From: Candidatus Heimdallarchaeota archaeon
GTDB lineage: Archaea; Asgardarchaeota; Heimdallarchaeia; JABLTI01
Direction of reading: 5' to 3'
DNA: 64,000 bases
NCBI GenBank assembly: GCA_018238155.1
Contig: JABCTZ010000006.1
Coordinates: 1 to 64,000, forward strand
Part shown: in pieces, positions 39,148-49,564 of the stretch
Position numbering within the stretch: the first letter of the stretch is position 1
Layout of the letters: the number at the start of each line of letters is the position of its first letter
Notes under the pieces: model-generated
Told to the model about the DNA's origin: nothing
Seen by the model: the letters and a program-made list of their open reading frames with translations, nothing else
Database searches by the model: none
Translations under genes and position numbers: made by a program

Positions 39148-42100
39148 TTATTTCCTTCCAACTATTCTTGGATTGATTTTTCCTTCTAGAATTAAGTATT
39201 CAATTTCTCTCTGAATTGTTTCAGGTGGGAAGTTCATTTGGGTTGAAATTTTGTTAATGTCAATATTTCCAATGTCTTGATAACCTAATGCAAGCTTCGC
39301 GACTTCACTTCTGAGTTGAAGATATGAATAGAGTACTGTTGTGTCTTTATTAAATACTGCCATAAACTTTTGTGGAATGTATTCGATACGAATTACGCTA
39401 AGAATTTCATCTAACCGTAATTTTGTTTTATTAGCTAAATCTGCTACAATAGCTTTACCATTATCTAATAATTCTTTATCACACCAGTGCAATACTTCAG
39501 AAAGTATATCACTTGAAACAAAAAGACCAATTTTGAAGTACTTGCCTGTGATTTCTTTATGAGCATAAAGATCTTGAATTAGAACGTTGATTAAACGAGA
39601 TATTGGTTGATTTTCTAAATATTCATAAATACTAATTCTTCCTCGCTCATAAATATCTGCTCGAACTTGTTCCTTATAGATATCAATGAATTCTTGGATA
39701 TTCCTTTGGAATTTGATATTTACTAAGCTTGCTTGTTGTAGTGTGAGGGAAAGATTTCCTTCTTGAAGGGCAACCAAAGATTTCTTGAGTGCAATAAATG
39801 TCCTATTTTTCAAAACACGTTGGTCATTAATTTCTTCAATAATTGTTTGAATTGCTTTGAAATCCCAAATACGTAATTTCTTAAGTGAGGATCTGATTAG
39901 AAGATCTAAGAATAAGTTAATGATTTTTGAATCAGTAGTCGCTTTAAGATATTTGAACATTAAGTCATCATAAATTTTGGTTTCTTCTATAAAACTACCA
40001 GTGCGTTCGTAAATATCTGTTGCAGCAAAAACATATGGAATTGAATGGAAGATAAGATCCTTCTTACCTGATTTAAGCATCTTTTTAGCTTGATCCAATG
40101 CTTGAAAGGCAAGGTCTTCTGCTTGTTCAATCATATTTCTATTGGCATAAACCATTCCGGGAACAAGATAACAGATATACCCATCTTCAATGGGTACAGT
40201 GTTGAAGAGATTCTGGATAGTTGTTGCTATGATTTTTATGCTCTTCTCATCTTGAGAGAGTTCATAATTTTCAAGAGAAGTTGAATAATAATATAATCCT
40301 TCTTTGAATTTGTCTTCTTTAATTTTCTGATCGCCAATACTTGCACTTATCATTGCTACATCAGCAATTAAACGATTATCACCAAAGATTTCATATATTC
40401 TTCCAGCAGCTTTCAGGAAATTGATAGCGTCACTTAATTTATTTTTATCTGCTGCAAGTTGACCTAGAGCTATACAATGTTTTCCAAGGTCAATAATTCT
40501 GTCTCGTTGTCCAAAATTATTCATTGCCGTTGCCAAAGTTTCCATTAGGACATCAAGACCTTTGAAACGTTTTTTCGTTAAACTTTCAAGTATAACTAAT
40601 AATTCATCAATGATTGCAATTCCAATTTGAGTTTGTTTGGATAGAGATGCTAATCGCAATGCTTGGTCTTCAATTCTTATTGCTTTATCGAAAGTAGTTG
40701 ATTTTTGATGTAATAATTCAGCAGTCTGATGCCAAGCTATAATCATATTTGCATAATCCAAATTGCCAAGAATGGATAGAGGGTAATTTGAGTTGATAAT
40801 TGAGCTGAGTAATTTGATGATATTTTCTCTTGCAAAAATTACTAAGTCAACATTCTTTTCTTCAGATATATCTTGGTTTAATTGTATTAATGGAAATGCT
40901 ACTACAGGATAGAACTCTTTTTCTGATAAGTTGATAACTAGATTGATAGTTGTACTTAGTAATTTCATACCATCTTTTCTAGTTGAAGATTCTAGGCAAA
41001 GAATCCTTCCAGTTTGAGCTAATGTGCCAATAAACTTTCTACTTTCTTTGATATCATTGACTTCTAGATAGATACTTCTTGCTTGATTTACTGTTGCATC
41101 AATTAAGTCAAATTTCTTATTTTTAATTAAATAATTAACATGGTCTAAATAATTATTTGCAATATTAATCTTTAATTTAGAATTACTCGCTAAATCTGCT
41201 GCTGCATTTGCAGCATCTAAAATACCTCTGGCTATTCTTGGTCCACGTGAAATGAGTAATTTTTTACCATAATCAGTTAGTATTTTAGATAAATGTTCAA
41301 GACCTTTCTGATTTTTTGTTTGACTCAAGAATTTAGTTGTTGAATCAATAAATTGTTCAATAAGCTCTAATCGACTATCTTCATCTATTATGCTCTTTTC
41401 ATATTGTGCTCCTATTACTTGTGAAATGGTTTCAAGATAGTTAGCTCCTGCTCGAGAGGTTTTTTCGAGTTTAGTTTCATATTGTACGATAAGCTCACCA
41501 CCAGCATTCATAAATTGAATGCCTAAAATTGGGTCTCCTTCTTTAATTAATTTCAAACCAAAATCAATGCATCTGTTTCCTACTTTTGGCAGATAATTGT
41601 TTAAACCTGCTCTAGTAGAAAGTTCCATTGCTTTTGAGAAATAGAGAGCCGCGATATCGAAATTCCGTTCATTGAGCATTTTACCTCCTTGGTTGATAAA
41701 GATTTCAGAGATCACCATGATTCTTTCAGTTCGTTGAAGGAAGATATACAATCCACCGGCAAGCTCAACTAAAGGCATTCCAGTATTAATGTTATTATTA
41801 TCAATTTGTTTTCGACCTTCAGCAATGAGTTCATTAACAATATCTAATGATTCTTTGGTTAAGTTCCCTTGAGCTAAGAGATGAACACCATTTCTAAATG
41901 CTTCAACTGCAGCTGCCATTTCATTTCTTTGCATAAGAGTTCGTCCTAAATCAATACTGATTTGACCGATACCTGTAAGATCATTTATTGTACGGAGGAT
42001 GCCAATACCTGATGCAAGAATAACATGAGATGCTTCGAGTTTTCCATCTTCTCTAAGAATGATACCTTGATTTCTACATACAGTAGCTAAGTGCTTAATT

Positions 42101-45100
42101 GAAGATTCATCCGAGATTTGAGCTATTTTCTCCATGCCCTTGTCAATTAATCGGCTACCACCAACATTTCTTCCATAAGAAATCAATAGAGCTGCTCCAA
42201 CAAAACATTTCTCAACACCACCTGTCATCTCTCCTTTAGCAAAGAGAGCATCAATTGCTGTGTTGATTAAATGGAATCCTTCTTTGGCTCTTTCAGCTTC
42301 AATGTAATTCTTTGCATGTGTGAGTAGCCTTTCAGTGCCGAGGAACAAATCATCAGCAGAAGTCATTGCTTCAAAGGCAATTGGTAACATTTTGAATGCT
42401 ATGTCATATTCTCTTTTCTTCTGGAGGTCTGTGGCGATTTTAAATATAGAATTCGCTAGATGGATTAATCGATTATTCTTTCCGGTCCTTCTAAAGAGAG
42501 TAAAGCTTTCCTTGAATAATTCTATAGATTTCTCATGATTTTTAATCTCATAAAATGTTTGACCTTCAATCATACAAAGACGGCCTGTGAATTCTTCGCC
42601 AACTATAGCACCAATAGTAAGTGCAACTTCCCATAATCGTAATCCAGCATCAGGATTATTACTTTTGATATTTGCAGTACCAAAAGCCATGACCTTAAGA
42701 GCAGTTTCTTCTACTTCTTTCATACGGTTATTTTGTTCCAGAATTTTAGCTATTTTTGCATAACAGAGAATGCTATTTTCAATACTATTTGCAGCCATCA
42801 ATTGATCAACTAACTCTTCTAAAAATTGAATAGATTCATCCACACGTTTAATTTCAGTTAAGATTTCTGCTCCACGAATACCCCATGAAACAGCTACTTC
42901 GTTATTCTTTTGTTTGAGAAACTCTTCACAAGTATTGATACAGATGCCCGCAGCTTCAATATCTTTATTCACGCTTCGAAGAATTTCAATTGTGAGATTA
43001 ATGTAGTTTGTTGCTGGGAGGAGTTCACTTTCAACAATTAAATTACTTGAAATTATTGCTACTTCATTTGCAAGTTGACTAAGCTGTTTCAAATTTTGGG
43101 TTTGAATATATGCTTTGTAGGTTTTTTCTAAACTAATTAAAGCAGCATCATGTAGGTTTTCTTTTGAGAAAATTTGCCATTCTTTTAGTTTAATTTCTTC
43201 GTTAAGTTTTAAATCGTTATTTTGTAAAGCAAAATTTTCAGCTAACTGAAAGAATTCTTGGCTTCTTGTTGACCTAACTCCTCTATCTAATTTTATTGAA
43301 GGAATAATACCTTGAACAATTTCTGTTGCTATATCGATTATTTGGTTGATGAGTTTGGTTAATTTTTTATCTTTTTTTAGACTTAGAAAGATATCACCTG
43401 TTTCTCTGAATTTTACTAACCCTTCTTCCAAATTATTATTTATAATATGATATTCGCCCATTGAATTTTGTATTTCAGCAATTGATGAAGGATCTTTTAA
43501 AATAACGTACAATTCTATTGCTTTGTCTAAAAGAACAAGACCAAATTGAGGTGTGTAGCTTTGAAGGAATTTTTCACCTTCAATTCTTGCTGTTTGAGCT
43601 CCTTGGACAGTTTTATCTGCTTTATTGAGAGCTTCTATACCTAGAGTTATCATGCTATTCGATTCAACAAGCTTGTCTTTTTTGAAGAGATCTCTTCCTT
43701 TTTCAATAATTTCAGCACCAACTATAGCTGCGTGTCTAACTGATGAAGAAAGATACAAATCAATTGACTTTGAGTAATATTTTATCGAAAGACCAAATTG
43801 TTCTTTAGATAGAAATTCTTTTGCTGTTTCATATGAACGACCTGCTTCTGCCTCTGTGCTAACTGCTCCATCTATCTGAATGGCTACTTGAAATCCTTTT
43901 TCAGCGTTAACAAAATCACCTTTATTCAAGATGGTTGTAAATGTTTCAAAACAATGATTTGCTACACCCGGATAAATCTTACCTTTTTCGGGTATTTTAT
44001 TCTTTACAGAAGCAAGAAGGTAATATTCCAAACTCTTTTCGTGATTATCATGTTCAGAATGATATCTTGCTAGTGCTGAAAGAATTCTTGCTGCTTCTTC
44101 CGGTTGATCCGCTTTCGTGAATTCAACAGCTCCTTCCTCAAAAAGAGGGTCTGCATAATCAGTAAGATTCTTTCGCAAGAAATCAGCTGCAAAACTAACC
44201 ATAATTCTAGCAGCTCGTTCATATTCTCCTGCCTCTGAGAGTACTTTGCCACTCCCTCGAGCAGATGCAAGCGTGATATCATTTAGTTCTTCAATATTGA
44301 ATTTTCTGATATTAGTTATATGATCTTCAATAGTTTCTACTGCTGAATTGATATTTCGTTTAATTAAGGCTCTAGAGAGCGTTTCATTAAAATCACAAGC
44401 AGCACTCCATAATCCTTCTGCATTGATAATATCGCCATTTTTTATACACTGTTCTGAGTACTTCGTTGCCAACATCACTAATGGTTTGAATTTTTGTTCT
44501 TGGAGTTCTGCAGGAATTGTTTGAGCAGCAAGCTTTAATCGGTCTAATGCAGTATCAAAATGTCCTTCAACAAGTAGCTCATCTGCAAGCTTGAGGTAAA
44601 CATCTGCTGCGTCTTCGTTTTTGCCTGCTTTTATATAAGCTTCAGCTGCTTTTGTTGCTAAATCAATGCCTGTCTGAAGATTTCTAACTTTAAACATTGG
44701 TTTCCACGAAGAATCAAAAGTATCTGCTGCTAGCTCTATTTCTCCTAATTCCATAAAGAAATCCGCACAAAGACGATACATTATTTCAGCATAATGGAAA
44801 TCATTTTTATCAAAACGTTCTCGAGCGAGCTGTCGTATTTCACTGGGAATATCTACTCTTTCTTCGCTTTCAGGCAGTTCTTTTAATGGGTCAATCATTT
44901 TTTTGAAAGCTTCAGTTGCAAGTTGAAATTTGTTATATTTTAGTAGAAGCTCAGCTTCTTTCTTATAAACTAATACCTCAAAATTACGGTCAATTAATTT
45001 TCCAATTTCAATTGCAATATTAAAATAATCTCTGCCAATTGGATACTGTTCTATTGTGTGAAGTTGTAATCCCATAGAAATAATACTATTTCCAAATTCG

Positions 45101-46074
45101 ATGATATCATCTTTTTTACCAATTTCGATATAATATTCTTTGGCCATATTATAGTAGGGAATTGCTTCACTGTAAAGTTTCTTTTCAAAAATAGCTAATC
45201 CAATTAAAGCTAACTCACGTGCAAGAACGGTAATTGCGGGAATTGCATCACGAGAAATACAAATATCTTTTGCATGTTTGATTAAACGAACAGCAGTGCT
45301 ATTTTCATACTGAACTGCATCTGATTTTACAAGTATGTTTTCGGGGTCTAAAATCTCAGGGATTAAGGTTTCAATGTGCACGATAAAATTTTCCATTACC
45401 TTTTCAGCTGCCAAGATAATAATTTCCTTATTATCAGGTTTCATTTCAAGAAGTAGCTTTACAGCTTCATCAAGAGCTTTATCTCCTTTTTCAGCTTGCT
45501 TCCCATCAAAATATTTTTGAGAGAGTGAGGTGTAGAAATCAATAGACCCAATTTCATAATCAGCTTTTTTATAAAGTGCTTTTGCTTTCTCTAAATACTC
45601 TTCCCCAATTTTTTCTTCCTCGGTTTTTACTTTTACTTTTAACAATATTTGGATGACATTTTCACTATATGCTTTTGCTGCCTCTAAGTATTTTTCTTTC
45701 GGATCTTTGCCGATTTTTTCATATTGACTTGCAATTGTTTCATTTATTTTACCCACTAAATCATACCTGTTTTCTCTTGTCTGGAAAATTATGGCTGCTT
45801 TCTCTAAGAATTCTTCAGCACTAGTTTGAAATGTTTCAAAATTCGAATAGTCCAATTTTTCACTAGCATCAATAAAATAATTAATCGTTTGAATCAATAT
45901 TTTTGAATCATTTTTAATAACTACTGCTTCAGCTATTTCCAGTAATAATCGAGATGCTTCTTCATGATTATCTTTCTCAATCAAAGTATGAATTAATCTA
46001 AAGAATTCATCCACTGCTGCTCTTGTTGAACCAGAATTTAGGAGATGGCGTGCTTTTTCAATATTCTCAAACAT
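39148..46074 (-). CDS. Giant (2308 aa) SNAP/TPR alpha-solenoid protein with C-terminal winged-helix (UFL1/PCI-like) repeats
   Basis: Continuous helical repeats (AAEAYIKAGKNEDAADVYLKLA). C-terminal DKELLDNGKAIVADLANKTKL and ISTQMNFPPETIQREIEYLILEGKINPRI. Confidence 0.8.
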   Translation of the reverse strand: MFENIEKARHLLNSGSTRAAVDEFFRLIHTLIEKDNHEEASRLLLEIAEAVVIKNDSKILIQTINYFIDASEKLDYSNFETFQTSAEEFLEKAAIIFQTRENRYDLVGKINETIASQYEKIGKDPKEKYLEAAKAYSENVIQILLKVKVKTEEEKIGEEYLEKAKALYKKADYEIGSIDFYTSLSQKYFDGKQAEKGDKALDEAVKLLLEMKPDNKEIIILAAEKVMENFIVHIETLIPEILDPENILVKSDAVQYENSTAVRLIKHAKDICISRDAIPAITVLARELALIGLAIFEKKLYSEAIPYYNMAKEYYIEIGKKDDIIEFGNSIISMGLQLHTIEQYPIGRDYFNIAIEIGKLIDRNFEVLVYKKEAELLLKYNKFQLATEAFKKMIDPLKELPESEERVDIPSEIRQLARERFDKNDFHYAEIMYRLCADFFMELGEIELAADTFDSSWKPMFKVRNLQTGIDLATKAAEAYIKAGKNEDAADVYLKLADELLVEGHFDTALDRLKLAAQTIPAELQEQKFKPLVMLATKYSEQCIKNGDIINAEGLWSAACDFNETLSRALIKRNINSAVETIEDHITNIRKFNIEELNDITLASARGSGKVLSEAGEYERAARIMVSFAADFLRKNLTDYADPLFEEGAVEFTKADQPEEAARILSALARYHSEHDNHEKSLEYYLLASVKNKIPEKGKIYPGVANHCFETFTTILNKGDFVNAEKGFQVAIQIDGAVSTEAEAGRSYETAKEFLSKEQFGLSIKYYSKSIDLYLSSSVRHAAIVGAEIIEKGRDLFKKDKLVESNSMITLGIEALNKADKTVQGAQTARIEGEKFLQSYTPQFGLVLLDKAIELYVILKDPSSIAEIQNSMGEYHIINNNLEEGLVKFRETGDIFLSLKKDKKLTKLINQIIDIATEIVQGIIPSIKLDRGVRSTRSQEFFQLAENFALQNNDLKLNEEIKLKEWQIFSKENLHDAALISLEKTYKAYIQTQNLKQLSQLANEVAIISSNLIVESELLPATNYINLTIEILRSVNKDIEAAGICINTCEEFLKQKNNEVAVSWGIRGAEILTEIKRVDESIQFLEELVDQLMAANSIENSILCYAKIAKILEQNNRMKEVEETALKVMAFGTANIKSNNPDAGLRLWEVALTIGAIVGEEFTGRLCMIEGQTFYEIKNHEKSIELFKESFTLFRRTGKNNRLIHLANSIFKIATDLQKKREYDIAFKMLPIAFEAMTSADDLFLGTERLLTHAKNYIEAERAKEGFHLINTAIDALFAKGEMTGGVEKCFVGAALLISYGRNVGGSRLIDKGMEKIAQISDESSIKHLATVCRNQGIILREDGKLEASHVILASGIGILRTINDLTGIGQISIDLGRTLMQRNEMAAAVEAFRNGVHLLAQGNLTKESLDIVNELIAEGRKQIDNNNINTGMPLVELAGGLYIFLQRTERIMVISEIFINQGGKMLNERNFDIAALYFSKAMELSTRAGLNNYLPKVGNRCIDFGLKLIKEGDPILGIQFMNAGGELIVQYETKLEKTSRAGANYLETISQVIGAQYEKSIIDEDSRLELIEQFIDSTTKFLSQTKNQKGLEHLSKILTDYGKKLLISRGPRIARGILDAANAAADLASNSKLKINIANNYLDHVNYLIKNKKFDLIDATVNQARSIYLEVNDIKESRKFIGTLAQTGRILCLESSTRKDGMKLLSTTINLVINLSEKEFYPVVAFPLIQLNQDISEEKNVDLVIFARENIIKLLSSIINSNYPLSILGNLDYANMIIAWHQTAELLHQKSTTFDKAIRIEDQALRLASLSKQTQIGIAIIDELLVILESLTKKRFKGLDVLMETLATAMNNFGQRDRIIDLGKHCIALGQLAADKNKLSDAINFLKAAGRIYEIFGDNRLIADVAMISASIGDQKIKEDKFKEGLYYYSTSLENYELSQDEKSIKIIATTIQNLFNTVPIEDGYICYLVPGMVYANRNMIEQAEDLAFQALDQAKKMLKSGKKDLIFHSIPYVFAATDIYERTGSFIEETKIYDDLMFKYLKATTDSKIINLFLDLLIRSSLKKLRIWDFKAIQTIIEEINDQRVLKNRTFIALKKSLVALQEGNLSLTLQQASLVNIKFQRNIQEFIDIYKEQVRADIYERGRISIYEYLENQPISRLINVLIQDLYAHKEITGKYFKIGLFVSSDILSEVLHWCDKELLDNGKAIVADLANKTKLRLDEILSVIRIEYIPQKFMAVFNKDTTVLYSYLQLRSEVAKLALGYQDIGNIDINKISTQMNFPPETIQREIEYLILEGKINPRIVGRK

Positions 46075-46313
46075 CGTTAGTTTTACAACCCATAAAGCCT
46101 ATAGTATAGTTAGTATATGATACTTAATATTACTTTTTTATTGATTATAGACTGTTTATGTTTTATATACTTGACTCTTGCCCAAATAAAAATTGTGTTA
46201 ACGAAATTCTTCGAAGATTTAAGTGTCTTCAAATGGGCAAAGTAATTTCTTACAGTCAGTATTTATAAAAGATGAGTGTTTTATGTTATATAATTAAAAT
46301 AGGTGAATACACA

Positions 46314-47690
46314 ATGGATTTATCAGTTAGTTTTCATGGGGCAGTAGCAAGAACAACAGGATCCGCCCATTTAATTCGAGCAGGTAATAAACGGCTTTTA
46401 TTGGATTGTGGAATGATACAAGGGATACCTCACCATTATAATCGAAATTTTTCATTTGATCCAAAGTCCGTTGATGACATTATTTTATCACATGCACATG
46501 TTGACCATTCAGGTAGAATCCCTCTAATGTACAAACAGGGATTCGAAGGAAATGTCTATTGTACCGCAGCAACAAAAGATTTAGTGAAAGTTTTGCTTCT
46601 GGATGCAGTAAAAATTTCTCGGATAGAAATGAAGAAGGCTCGTTTCAGAGGTAGAAAAGCTTCTTTAAGCCCCTTATATGCAGAAGAAGATGTTTATAAT
46701 GCCTTGAAGCATTTTATTACTGTTCCTTATCATCAAGTTAAGAATATTGACAGAAAAATTTCCTTGAAATTTATTGATGCTGGACACATTCTTGGATCTG
46801 CACAAGTTATACTTGATTGTGATGGTACAATAATTACTTTTACCGGCGATTTAGGTCAAAATGGCATGCCATTGATTCGTAATCCTGATCCAATTAAGAA
46901 AACACACTATTTGATAACAGAATCAACATACGGAAATCGAATGCACACACCAATGGAAAAAGCAGCAAAAGCATTAATCAAATTTGCTAAGCATATTTAC
47001 GCCGAAGGAGGAAAATTAATCATCCCTGCTTTTGCAATTGGTAGAACACAAACATTGGTCTACTTTCTTAATGAAATATTTGAGAAAGGGGAAATCGATA
47101 AAATGCCAGTCTACATTGATTCACCTATGGCTATAGATGCAACAAAAATTTATCTAAAACATCCTGAATGCTTTGATAAAGAAACTTTGAACCTACTAAA
47201 ATCAGGCGATAACCCCTTGATATTTCCTGAATTGTCCTTTTCAAAAACACATCGCGATTCAAGAAGTATATTAAAAGGATGGGAAACATGTGTTGTTTTT
47301 GCAGGATCCGGAATGTGCACCGGAGGACGAATTTTGAGTCATTTAATTAATGAACTGCCTACAAGAAAGTCTATTGTTTTGATGGTAGGGTATCAAGCGA
47401 AAGGCACACTTGGACGAGAAATCTTTGAAGGAGCTAAATCTGTGAAGATTTATAACAAAGAAATCAAAATTCGTGCAAAGATAAGATCTATTGGAGGTTT
47501 TAGTGCACATGCTGATCGAAAAGAATTAATTGATCACATAGCAAAAATTAGAAAGAAACCAGCAAAAACATTTGTAGTGCATGGAGAAGCACAGCAATCA
47601 CTAACTTTTGCTGCAAACATAAGAAATTCTTTACGAATTTGGGCGCGTGTACCTGAACATAAGAAAGAGTATCGTCTCAAACCCTTGTAA
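46314..47690 (+). CDS. beta-CASP MBL-fold ribonuclease (YSH1/CPSF-like)
   Basis: LLDCG, SHAHVDHSG, AGHILGSA, FTGDLG, TESTYG, GSGMCTGGRI, FSAHAD and VVHGE. ORF open from 46272. Confidence 0.93.
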   Translation: MDLSVSFHGAVARTTGSAHLIRAGNKRLLLDCGMIQGIPHHYNRNFSFDPKSVDDIILSHAHVDHSGRIPLMYKQGFEGNVYCTAATKDLVKVLLLDAVKISRIEMKKARFRGRKASLSPLYAEEDVYNALKHFITVPYHQVKNIDRKISLKFIDAGHILGSAQVILDCDGTIITFTGDLGQNGMPLIRNPDPIKKTHYLITESTYGNRMHTPMEKAAKALIKFAKHIYAEGGKLIIPAFAIGRTQTLVYFLNEIFEKGEIDKMPVYIDSPMAIDATKIYLKHPECFDKETLNLLKSGDNPLIFPELSFSKTHRDSRSILKGWETCVVFAGSGMCTGGRILSHLINELPTRKSIVLMVGYQAKGTLGREIFEGAKSVKIYNKEIKIRAKIRSIGGFSAHADRKELIDHIAKIRKKPAKTFVVHGEAQQSLTFAANIRNSLRIWARVPEHKKEYRLKPL

Positions 47691-47703
47691 TAGAATGGCT
47701 TTT

Positions 47704-49464
47704 CTAAGATTGCCTTTTATAGACAATTGCGTTTGGTTCACCAGCAATATTTGCTACAACAACTAAGTCCTGTTGTAAAAAGAACTCATGAATATCAAAG
47801 TAATAATGAGTTACACTTTGAATCTCTGTTGTCCGAATAATGACATACGTACCTTTCATACTGTATAGCTCAATAAGATGACTATGATTCAGTCTCGCCA
47901 ATGGCTTTGTAATATGTAGACGAATAAAAGTAATTGTGATATTTTTATCCAGATAAGCATAGCCGCCTGTATACCAAACCATCTCAAGAACAATAACTCT
48001 TTCAGAATCCTCTTGTTCTCCTACCCAGTACATTGCATTACAGATACCCGAATTCCATTTCCACATATAATTTTTCTGAACTAAACTCATATACAGTGAT
48101 GATGTGCTTAATATTGCCAACATCAAACCTAAAACTGCATTTCGGTAATGTTTTCTTTTAACTATTTTCGAAAATTTGTAAATGCCATTAGCAACGAAAA
48201 GCATGCCAAGTGGGAGAAAGGTCATAATAAATCTAAACTCTTTATGAGCAATGGATGAGAAAATAGCTAGCCAATAGAACATTAAAAATAAAACGAATAC
48301 TTTTGATTTGGTCTTTTCCTTAAAAATAAGTCCAAAAATAAGCAAGATGAAAAAGATGAATATGAAGATAAAGGCAAAATCAGTGAAAAATCCGATAAAA
48401 TATTGATTCCAAGGTGAAATACCATGATATGCATTATTGCCTTCTATGATATTATACTGAAAATATTTGATAGGTGAGTGGAGAAAGGTGCCCCAGGTAA
48501 ACAAGTCTAACAATCCTTGGAAAAAGACCATCAAAAAAGCTCCTCCACAAAAACATGCTAGAGTTTTCAAAGAATCAAAATATTCTCTTTTACTCAAAGG
48601 TTGATATGCCTTCTCTTCTTTATTCGCCTTCAATGTTCTTCTTACATTCTCAGTTTTTCTATAAATATCAACAAGAGGTTTGTATACAATTGCGATTGCA
48701 AGAGGAATTCCCATAAGTGCTCCTGGAAATCGTATCATAAATGATAACCCTAATGAAATTCCTGCTATTATTGAAAGAATGATTTTCCTCTTCATTTTTT
48801 CATCTTTTATCATCTTGTAGACAAGAAAAATACTTAGAAAGAGAAAATCAGATGATAGAGAATCAGTCATTGTTCGACTCGCCCAAAAAGGGAAAAACCA
48901 CCAAGTACTACAAATAAAAGCACTTACTAAGCCTACGGTTTTATTGAACATTTCTTTACCAAATAGATAAGATACTACAACAGTAATAATTGAAAAAAGG
49001 GAAAGGAATAATCTAGCAAAATACATCAAAACCAATGGGTCAGATATTCCAAAGAGCATAACAAATTTGTAGACACCAACGAGCAGTAAAACAAATAACC
49101 ATGACCGTGCCCCTCCAAACCGATAATCAGAATTGTACTCCCAAGGAATTGTTTCTCCTGATCCATATTCTCCATAAATCCAATAATGAATCATTTCAAG
49201 CGTTTGAAAAACTTCATCAGGATGAACAAATCCCTGAGATTCTTGTGTTGCTAAGAAACGAAGAATAATGGATAAAATGATAATACTCGTCAAAGGTAAA
49301 TAGTTGAAAATTTTTTTAAAAAATGTTGTGTCAAAATACTCAGAGAAATTCTTTCTTGTGGTTATATGTTCACTCACTTTTTCTCTTTCGTGAATGGAGA
49401 ACTGAGTCTTAGTTTGTTGGTCTCCTTCAAGCAAAAAATTCTTCTCTCCAACATATGTATACAC
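47704..49464 (-). CDS. GT22 (ALG9/PIG-B family) GT-C mannosyltransferase, PIG-B-like
   Basis: HPDEVFQTLEMIH...YG...PWEY...GARSW, SRTMTDS, YNIIEG..AYHGISPWNQY and SSIAHKEFRFI in a multi-TM protein. Confidence 0.85.
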   Translation of the reverse strand: MYTYVGEKNFLLEGDQQTKTQFSIHEREKVSEHITTRKNFSEYFDTTFFKKIFNYLPLTSIIILSIILRFLATQESQGFVHPDEVFQTLEMIHYWIYGEYGSGETIPWEYNSDYRFGGARSWLFVLLLVGVYKFVMLFGISDPLVLMYFARLFLSLFSIITVVVSYLFGKEMFNKTVGLVSAFICSTWWFFPFWASRTMTDSLSSDFLFLSIFLVYKMIKDEKMKRKIILSIIAGISLGLSFMIRFPGALMGIPLAIAIVYKPLVDIYRKTENVRRTLKANKEEKAYQPLSKREYFDSLKTLACFCGGAFLMVFFQGLLDLFTWGTFLHSPIKYFQYNIIEGNNAYHGISPWNQYFIGFFTDFAFIFIFIFFILLIFGLIFKEKTKSKVFVLFLMFYWLAIFSSIAHKEFRFIMTFLPLGMLFVANGIYKFSKIVKRKHYRNAVLGLMLAILSTSSLYMSLVQKNYMWKWNSGICNAMYWVGEQEDSERVIVLEMVWYTGGYAYLDKNITITFIRLHITKPLARLNHSHLIELYSMKGTYVIIRTTEIQSVTHYYFDIHEFFLQQDLVVVANIAGEPNAIVYKRQS

Positions 49465-49564
49465 GATTAGAATTTTTAAACATAAAAACTATCCCATAAG
49501 CTACTTATAACACAAGAATTTAATAAATAATAGAACTGTTGGTATTATATACTGAGGTAGAAAG

